DNA of 60,298 nucleotides, counting the filler, from Basidiobolus ranarum (taxonomy: Eukaryota), in NCBI GenBank assembly GCA_040143965.1. It is 14 parts of 14 records of this genome, joined end to end, with 100 filler letters (N's around TTAATTAATTAA, not from the genome) between each part and the next. Parts side by side here need not be neighbours in the genome. Positions count along the whole stretch, not along the records: positions 47,506 to 51,703 come from JASJQH010008947.1; positions 51,804 to 56,001 come from JASJQH010008948.1; positions 56,102 to 60,298 come from JASJQH010008949.1; 11 more parts are not named here. One strand, 5' to 3'. Of the stretch, positions 51,311 to 60,298 are shown piece after piece. Position numbers and translations under genes: made by a program. The notes beneath the pieces are model-generated. The model was not told where the DNA came from, did no database searches, and saw nothing but the letters and a program-made list of their open reading frames with translations. Numbering within the stretch: the stretch's first letter is position 1; each line of letters begins with the position of its first letter.

Positions 51311-52659
51311 CATCGTTCAGCCCCATATTTGGGTCCATGTCAATAGCATCAACACGAATGGCTCAAACTCAACTCCAGCAAATGTTCATTCTGGTGGGAT
51401 GCGAGTCATATTCGCATAGAATATGGTCTACGATTAGAGGTTATATTTCTTTTTGTATACTCGATACTTGACCCGCTTTCCTCAAGACATCGTTTGTTTT
51501 ATGAGTTTTATTTATTGCTTTTTGACATACCATTGTACAATTGATTTTTCTTGAGTTTTCTTCTTTGACTTCGTAGTCAGTTTACAACAAGGCACCCCCC
51601 ACTACGTGGAATTCTCCCTTCGGCTCCGCACTGCAAAGCTAATGATCGACACTCAGAAACTCGAAAAAACACTTTAAGCCCTGCAACTCACTCACATAAA
51701 CATNNNNNNNNNNNNNNNNNNNNNNNNNNNNNNNNNNNNNNNNNNNNTTAATTAATTAANNNNNNNNNNNNNNNNNNNNNNNNNNNNNNNNNNNNNNNNN
51801 NNNGTTCAAGACCCTGCTGGCTGAGTTTACAGCAGTTTTTGATTGGATATACCCTTGTTATCTGATCATTCTTGGAGGATGTTGAAGCCAGTATATTCAT
51901 TTATCAGGCACCAACATTTTACTCAACAGAAAGCTGGACATTCCATTGTGGTTTATCAGTCCTTAGACACTCCTAGAGGCTTCATTCCCTTTCACAAAGG
52001 CCCAAGAGGCAAGAGACTGACCCATATTACAGTACATCCCAGAGTTATTCAACCAGGGTTATTGCACCTTTTAAGCACCTCACAAATCCCTAGGGTTATT
52101 GCAGTTATAGTTGCTGCTTACACCCTAACACAACTATACTCTTGTCTTTTTCTTCAACTTCTGATATACTACCATAGGTACTGGAAAAAGCAAGGTCAAC
52201 ATCTAGCAGCAAGTCATTAAAGTTGTCTGGACTTACTAGTTCAACCAAAGTTTTGTTTCTACCTGCATCATTCTGGTCATGTAACAGTAGCAACTCCATG
52301 GTATCTTGACTGTTGGCAGTGTTACAAAGATTTGAGACAAATACAGTCAGTGAACTCAGTGGGCAAAATAAATTTGATTATGTGCACTTAATACTGGTGA
52401 TATTCACCAGGCTTTGTGCAGCTGGTAGCTTTGTACAGTGACCATGCTTGTGATTACTTTTTATATGAAGCCTCTGGCTTTCATAGCACAAAACTTTGTG
52501 ACAATAATAGCAGGGCTTCTTTAAATGTTTGTGTTGTGGCATGAGAAGGATAGTGTAGAAAAAAAAACAACTCCTACAAAAGGGTGGTATTTTAGGAATA
52601 GTCAATAAATATTTTGAGCTGATTCTTAGATGGTGTAGCAGATGAGACATCAGGTCGTT

Positions 52660-55370
52660 TACAAGATATTGCCAGTAATGGATGGCAATTTTGGTTTATT
52701 ATAAGTTTTTCTAAGCAATTTATTACAGCCAGTTTACAATCTGAAAACTTTAATGCTATTCAAAAAGCATCCAAAATCAAAATCAGCTTCCAAGCCAAAG
52801 TCTGCTGGCACAAGAGAAAAAAACCAGCAAGAACAGAGGCCCTAATTGATGAGCATTCTATCTATCCACTATCCACTTTGGCAGGCATTAACATGCCAGA
52901 AACAAACTCAAGTAACAATGAAGCATTAATCAGTTAACCAGATGTGTTCCTTTTCCAGTCATAGTGCAAGTGAAGAGATTGTAATCCCCCAATTAGATAG
53001 TTAATCAATAGTTGAGCATAGTTCAACCAAAACACTGTTAAAGCCATCAACTTCCAAAAAGGCTACTCTGCCCACTATGAAAAAATCCTCCGTAGAAGAT
53101 ATGGATAGAATCATTACAGCAAGGGAATTGCAGGCAGAACACCCTAATGAATAGTATGCAATCATAAGTAAAAACTACAAAGTTGCTATACAGTCCATGA
53201 CAAGCAATGATGCCACAATATCACAAATAATTCAGCATTTAGAAGCAACTGGTCAACAGTTAAAGAGTCACTCAACAATGATACAAGACCTTCAGAATGC
53301 TGTACTTGAGCTACAGCAACATGCTGATCCCTCCATCCATTCTGAAGCTGGATTTCAATTAATCCAACACCATACATATGAACAACATGGTGAGAATCTT
53401 GTAGTGCAGAATATTTGCCAGACCATTAAGGCTACACAATAACCTGAAATTGCTTGGGCACATGATAGTAGAAATCTCATTGGAAAACTTGCAAACCAAA
53501 AGACTCTGAATGTCGCAGCTGCCATGACTTGCTGTGATGATGAGTGTTTAGCATTTTGGAAATTGTGCAGAATCCTGCCCAAAATCACCTGAATTTGAGC
53601 CAATCATGGAAAAACCTAAGACCAGGTGTTACTCTAAAGGTTCTTGAATTATTTCATGTGCCTTATCCATGATTTTTAAAAGCAAATGGCAATTGTGCTT
53701 GTATACGCCTATCCACAAAGCATCTTAAAAGTGTTCACAATTATCATCTTGGAAAAGAAAGAAAAGCAGCTAATGAAGTACTGAAGGGGCAGGAAGTTAG
53801 TTAACCCAAGGGAAAAGCAAAGTAACTAGTGAGTTTAGGATCTACAGTCCTACTTACCAAATTCTTCACACCATTACAAAGATCTGCATTTACAGAGTCA
53901 GATATATTTGCAAAAAAGCTTAATTTCACCATGAAACCAGGTACACCAGTTGGAGGAGTGCTCAGTTTGGAAGTTTATCAACACCTGGCATCTCACAAAA
54001 TGCCAATGCATTGGCAATTATAACTCATGGCTCTGCAAACTCAACTGGTACTTTTCAAAGTGTTGAAATTAGTCTAAAACTTAAAGGCAAGTAAAACACA
54101 ATAGAAATGCCATAAAGCACCCTGAGTAGTGTGACACTACAAGGATGTATAAAAATAGTCAAAGTGCTTCAGGAGTATTTTCAAAAGTGTTGAGGAAAAA
54201 TGCAGTGCAAGTATGAAGAATATACAATTTGACATGCAGTCCGGTGTTAACCATGTAGATATTGGGGAAGAACTTAATAGACAGTGGCACAGTATTGCAG
54301 GGTATCTGCCAGATAGCTGGAAGAGTGTTGATTCAGCAATGTTAATACAATAGTGGGCTTTGATGGAGATATTGATGCAAACTTGTGTTTGATATGAGCC
54401 AAACCTTGGGATGAAGAACTCTTGAAATTCTTCAGATAAATTCATTAAAGAAACCAGGGATTTTGAAGGTGACAAATTAGCATTCATGTGATATATGTAT
54501 TGAGTTTGGGTTAAGTTTTTTGCACATGTGTTGATCCATAGTTCTCAGAGATTGTAGCCAATCATGTGCAACTATCTTGCAAGATCTTGAAATTTCACTC
54601 CTGAAACTGAAAAAATTGATTAAAATCAAATCCAACTTGATGCTTATATGATGGTAAATAAACAGTCAAACCCAAATGGATTAAAATTTTCATGGTTTTC
54701 CTACAATAACAATCTGCAAATTTCTTTTTGGGAATTGTAGCAAGTAGTTTCTGGCATGTTTATGCTTTCCAAAGTGGATAGTGGATTGCTAGGCTGCTCA
54801 TCAATTAAGTCATCAGTTCTTGCTGGTTTCTTTCCTTTCATGCCAGCAGGCGTTTGCTTGGAAGCTGAACTTGATTCAGATTTTGAATGCTTCTTAAAGG
54901 CCATTGAAATACCCAGTTGGTAAGCTTAGTGTTATTTTATAGCTTAGAAACAGTTTATAATAAACCAAAATTTTCTTCCATTACTGGCAATATCTTGTGG
55001 TAGTATATCAGAAGATGAAGAAGAAAACAATAGTTTTGTTCTACACTCTTTGTAGTTGCCAAGCATTAGTCCACTCATGACACTTACAGTAAAGGAAGCA
55101 GCTTTGATTATTGAGAGGTGGAGAGCTCAGTCCAATCCCAGCAACCATGTGTTTATTAGTTTTCTTGCACTTTTATCACAATTGATTGGCAACTGTTGCT
55201 TGCCACAGACCTTGTACAAGTCGCAAACACTTGTCAATTACACAACTTAGAATTCTTCAGCAATTAAACTGCCTTCATGTGCAACCGGTTGTTTGGCTTT
55301 CACTGGTGATCAGAAAAACCTGAAGTCACAGAGTGTTGGTACATAATTGGCAATCACTAAATAAGGTAAT
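52660..55370 (+). mobile_element. CACTA-like element: degenerate ORF1 (about 52753-54490), transposase N-terminal remnant (about 55005-55370), with an inverted copy of its own 5' end at 54721-55004
   Basis: ORF1 homology to 3913 and 42607-42945; KLPSCATGCLAFTGDQKNL motif; reverse-complement match 52661-52910 vs 54730-54998. Confidence 0.7.
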
Positions 55371-56101
55371 TATTGTTCATATTTGGGATACAAACAATTG
55401 ATTCACCATCTTAAAGTTTTGATGAAATCACCCAAATATAGATCATTGATCCATTACCAAAGTACTTACCATAAAGCTGATGATAGTATTGATATGCTTG
55501 TAGGATAACAATATCAGAATATGAAAAGTCAAGATTTCTTTGAGAAAACATATGATCATGTATTTTCATTGGCTCTGGATGGGTTCTCACTAAACATAAT
55601 ACCAATGAAAGGTCTTGCTGTGCAAAATTTTTAATTAACTTATTTCTTTCTCCTTCTGAGTGGGACAACAGTCATAATATCTTCATAATGTCCATCATAT
55701 CTGGACCTATATCACCAGTATTTATAGATATCCTCTTGGAGCCTTTGATTGTGGACCTTGAATGGTTATCTAAGAGGGTTCTTGTGGTTAAATATTTTTT
55801 CAAAGCTAAGATCATTTTATGAATTGGAGACACTCCTGCCATCAGTACACTGTTTTGCTGTAGATTTTGTTGAATCAATGGAGTTTACTCTACCACGCAT
55901 GTGAATTACAAGTATCCAAATACAACATTAAATTTCATGACTCTGCCATCAGGAGCCTAGTCAGATTCTAATATGCCAACTAATATCAATTTCCCAAATA
56001 GNNNNNNNNNNNNNNNNNNNNNNNNNNNNNNNNNNNNNNNNNNNNTTAATTAATTAANNNNNNNNNNNNNNNNNNNNNNNNNNNNNNNNNNNNNNNNNNN
56101 N

Positions 56102-56748
56102 GATACTCTCTGAGAGGCGACGTCCAGCAAGCAAAACTAGTGAAGCAGTAATATCGGCGGTTGCATCGGTCAATACATCGGGAGTGTTCCCAACTTTGAC
56201 ATCGTATTTTTTACAAACGGGGATATCGATGTGATCATAGCCAACGCTGAAGCTTGAAACAACCTGTTTTATCAAAGTGTTACTTGTATGGGTCAAATAG
56301 AAGACATTCGTGTAGAATTGCACAAACCTTAAATTGAGGACCTAGATAGCAAAAGACAAGAGGATTGATATTAGCTCTGGAGCAGTACGAAATGGGTGCG
56401 TTGAAAAATTACCAGCTGCTTCAAGGGCCTCCTTATCAATTCGTTCACTGAACATGCAAAGAGTCCCATCCATGCCTAGACATAGTTAGAAAGTCAGTTG
56501 CTGCTTGATTCACATGCTCGCGATTAAGTTTATCACCTTTGATACCCTTCAAGAATTCCTCTCGGGATTTAGCTCCATCCCACTGAACAACTTCTAATCT
56601 AAGGAAACCAGATTCATTTAGTGTTTTGACCAACAAGAAAAGTAGACTATCGGTCCTGTTACCTTTCTTCTTGCTCCAATCTTTCTTGGGCTTTTTCAGG
56701 AAGAGTGCGAGTTACTAGAACACGGTATTTTTTCTGAGTATTAGTCAT
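56102..56748 (-). CDS. Glyoxylate/hydroxypyruvate reductase (D-2-hydroxyacid dehydrogenase), 3' truncated, multi-exon
   Basis: YRVLVTRTLPE, IDKEALEAAG|P, SVGYDHID, VGNTPDVLTDATAD, LLAGRRL. Confidence 0.9.
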
Positions 56749-59173
56749 TGTCTGATAAGCACGAGTGGTCAAAGAAATTCGTGACAAGTTCGGTTTTCTT
56801 AAACTAGCAAAGAGCATAAATTAGCAATTCGAAGTAGTAGATTGTAATTTAATCAAAGTCAACATTTTATAGGAATATGTGACTTCGGTAACTTTGGTGA
56901 TAGGCAATGACTCGAACTCGTAATCACGATTTCTACTTCCGTTGATTGACAATCATCCTAATGATGATATATATGTTCGTAGTGAAACAACCCGTGATAA
57001 GATTTAGATTATATCTTTAATTTAGAAATCTTCAGATTATCGATATTATTTGCATGGGAACAATCACACGTTGCTTTTTGGAAATCAACCAAGTGCAAGG
57101 GCTCCCTGTTAGCTATTTTGATGCCCAACATAGATGATCAATATGGCAATTATCCCCAAGAGCACTCTTCTCAACATGGGCATCACGAACCTGTGGTGAG
57201 CCATTGACTCCTATTATGAATCGTCATGGAAGTAGTAGCTGACTTGATATATCATAACAGTGCACCCTGAGAAGTTATGTTAGTATTGGAGATAGATTTG
57301 GTAGAGTCTCTATGCCTCAGTTTAGAAATGAAAACCCAAAATTACAGTACATGTCCATTGCAAGTAGTGAACCATTATTTTTCTCGCCAGAACTATTCCT
57401 CGCGCCCCGCTAGGCTTGTCATTGCTACTATTGATGACCCTTATAAGCTTACAAAGTGCCAACAGTTTATTTGCTGTAATGTAGCACTTGGAAAGTCTAC
57501 TATTCAATTTTTGGAATCTTTTCCTAGGTGAAATTGAATCTAAGCTAGAAATAGAACCCTATTAGAAACAAAACTCCCTACGCAAGATCCCAAGCATATC
57601 TGCGGTCCATTGCTATGAGAAAGGACTCGTGATGCATATGTAGTTACAGAATACCATATCTGAGTCATTATATCTGGAAGTAGATTCTATGGAGGTGTGA
57701 GTTGAGAATATCTAGTATGCCATGTAGGTAACATTGATAATCTAACTAGAATCGATTCTGGCCAAACTCGACCCAAAACTATCTGAAAACTGAAAACCCT
57801 GCATGGATATCGATAATTTACTCTTTGTTAGTGTGATCGTTTTGGGTATCTGTGATTGGTGAGGGGCTGCCCTTATTTCTATGGTGTCTGATCAGGCCTG
57901 AACCAAACGAGAGGTATTGTGACGGGAAAATCAGACAGCCTCTGACGGTCTGACATATACACAGGTGAGGAGATATATTGGTCTCTTTAACGAGGTAAAA
58001 CCAAATTAGCTTTCATCATGAAAGTCGCCTCTTCCTAAGCATCTGGATTTAAAGATCTCCTTACATCAAATGACATCATTTGCTACATATCTACACCGTT
58101 TTCAAGATGTTTTTGATCTCTTGAAGTATTGTGCCTGACGATATGGGTACAACTGACCAGAATATCAAGATGACCATTGGAATGTGGTCTGAGTAGGACA
58201 ATACCCCCTGCGACTACATGCATCGATTGCCCCGACATCAAAAGATTCGTGAAAGATATATAACTGAAAGTATAAAGTACTGAGACGACCTTTTCTCTAT
58301 GGGGCCTTCAATGGGTGTTAGAAGTTTATTCAAGTCTACAATATAAGCACATCGATTCGCAAGTCTTTACTCGGGAGTGGTGACTAGATTCCGATCAGTG
58401 GCAGTGTTTCCATAGAAGATTGATTCCACGCAAGAAACTGAGTTCTCCAATGCCAATAGTGGTCTATGAAATGTGTGATTCCAAGGGCCATATGGATGCT
58501 CAACCACCAATGCCTCCTCGGAGAGATCCTTCCCAATCAGCATATTTATCCGAATCCGTCACACAGTGAAGAAGGCATAGCACTTTCTCTAACAAAACGC
58601 TAGATAACTAGACAAGAATGGTGCTTGATTCCATTGTTCTAAATAAATTTCACACAGTTCTAAATTTGTTTGTAGAGAATCTCATACGATCCCTACATCA
58701 ATAGAGACCCTCATACATATTCAGCTGTGATCTCTGATAAAACCTTCCTAAATCTCACTAATCCGGAGCATCATCTACAAATTAGAATGAATCTCATGTA
58801 CCAGGGTGTTCAGATATTTCATAGCGTACTTGAAAATATTCTTGAGGAACGCAAAAACTATTGGGTCGCTTAATATGCCTGCTAGCTCCCAAGCCAACTA
58901 AATCCCTTCTACACAGGGATGGGATCACTAGACGCTTGTTCTGGTCCTCGTGGCTTGTTCCGGGGCATATGCAGAGTAGAGATTCGAGATAAATGTATAA
59001 TATAGAATCCGATTCAAAATTTGTGAGCATCTTAAAATAGCCAAACCGATCCAAATGGGAAAGATTTTCTTAAATCGTACGATGGATACATGGAGAGGTA
59101 ATGTTCCCTAAAAATACAGTTTCTTTATTATTCCATCCTATTATGATACCATTTCAGTACAGGATTTCTTCAC

Positions 59174-60058
59174 TCAGCTCTCTTGATTCCGAGTTTTTCT
59201 GGTAGGAATCCGGACACCCTGTTTGAAAAATTTCATCGATAGTTCGGTAGTTTCTAAATATGCCGTCAAAGAAATTAATGGAAATCGATTGTTTATGCTA
59301 AGACCGTGTCTTCGAAAATCCTACCCTTCATCCCCGGAAAAGTCCTTGCTGAAAAGACCTTAAATGGTTGACTGAACACTTGGTTGACACGCTTGTCAGG
59401 ACCGCTGCCCATTGCTCTTCGAAAAAGGGAAGTTGTTGATACAGTCCATCGCCAGTGCAATCAATAAAAAGAGTATGCTTACTTGGAAAGGTCTATAAAG
59501 GAGAATCTTAGGCAGAAGGTCCCCGTTGTCCTAACTGATAGTTCCGGAAATACGAAATAGATTCCTCGTTGACCCTCGGTATTCTGAAGAATATGAGAAG
59601 AGGAGGTGGTTGTTCCCACCAAATTCCTTACATAGATAGGATCTGAAAGGGTCAGAACTGATGTTCGTGGTGTTTGTGAAGAGAACGAAGGGAGGGTAGA
59701 GGGATCAACTACGGTTGTGCAGTTGGTTTGTTGGTTCTCTGACCAAAGATCAGCGTGAACCACGTAGAACTGGGAGGACGGGAACCTAGATTGGAGAGGA
59801 TTTACTTGACTTCTTACTCAGTAGTATAATCAGAAATTGCAAACTCACTCGTTGTTGTGAATCCCATCATCATCGAAGATATTAAGCTTGACTATTGGTG
59901 GCGGGTCTAAAGACCTTTTATCTTTTTCCCCGAACCCGCACATACGAGCATGAATTGGATGCTGCACTACTTCGAGAGTATATCTTTGCCCCATAGGTTA
60001 GCGAAATTAATACGGATACAATCAAGGGGAATCATTTGGAGGATCTTTACCTGATCAT
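59174..60058 (-). CDS. Small velvet-domain protein (VelB-like motifs), multi-exon
   Basis: YTLEVVQHPIHARMCGFGEKDKRSLDPPPIVKL, RNLVG, FVFPELSVRTTGTFCLRF, FSQPFKVFSARTFPGM, TTELSMKFFKQGVRIP. Confidence 0.9.
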
Positions 60059-60298
60059 AGAGGTAGTGTCGTGTGCCTAGATTGAATGGGGGATGGTAGA
60101 TAAATGGATTCTTGGAGGGAGAAGTATAGCCAATTTGAAAATGGATTCATCTATGCTAATAGCATTCAAGATACGAGATTAGCCGCAGGTTTTATATACA
60201 AACCTCAGTAAGAAATCATACAAGAATTGGGAGGTTTGGTTACACGTATATTATAGGAAATTAGTCCCTACATTACCTTGTTGAAGATGAGTTTTTCA

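Noticed and set aside
51804..52650. Cys/His-rich ORF (CYYCHK...HIKSNH) as a zinc-finger gene
   Set aside because: Short, interrupted and in CpG-depleted DNA; probably another transposon relic that I cannot classify

Overview
This window is not one genomic locus. It is 14 short contigs of steadily decreasing length (4232 down to 4197 bp) joined by 13 identical artificial 100-bp linkers (44 N + TTAATTAATTAA + 44 N), so adjacency across linkers means nothing. The DNA is AT-rich, intron-rich eukaryotic sequence, and the velvet and Spt23/Mga2 genes mark it as fungal; an early-diverging (non-Dikarya) fungus is my inference. Recognisable genes: F-box/LRR protein, RPT5 (partial), CSL4, a histidine phosphatase, NFU1, a NOP13-like RRM protein (partial), an MFSD10-like transporter, an NADPH-dependent FMN reductase, an SMP-30/gluconolactonase fragment, a plant-type LRR protein (partial), a class 3 lipase fragment, an Spt23/Mga2-like factor, a glyoxylate reductase (partial) and a velvet protein. 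Much of the rest is decayed, nested transposons: a Ty1/Copia family (about 347-bp LTR, Ty5/Hemivirus-type half-tRNAiMet primer site), a second 740-bp LTR family seen as solo LTRs with 5-bp TSDs, and a CACTA/EnSpm-like DNA transposon with an unrecognised upstream ORF. The most notable signals are near-total CpG loss in repeats plus a GT17 gene disabled mainly by CpG-type transitions, an Spt23/Mga2 homologue lacking IPT/ankyrin/TM parts but carrying three SP-rich repeats, and the half-tRNA PBS. I found no convincing multi-gene novel system; the 4.2-kb contig size largely prevents seeing one.
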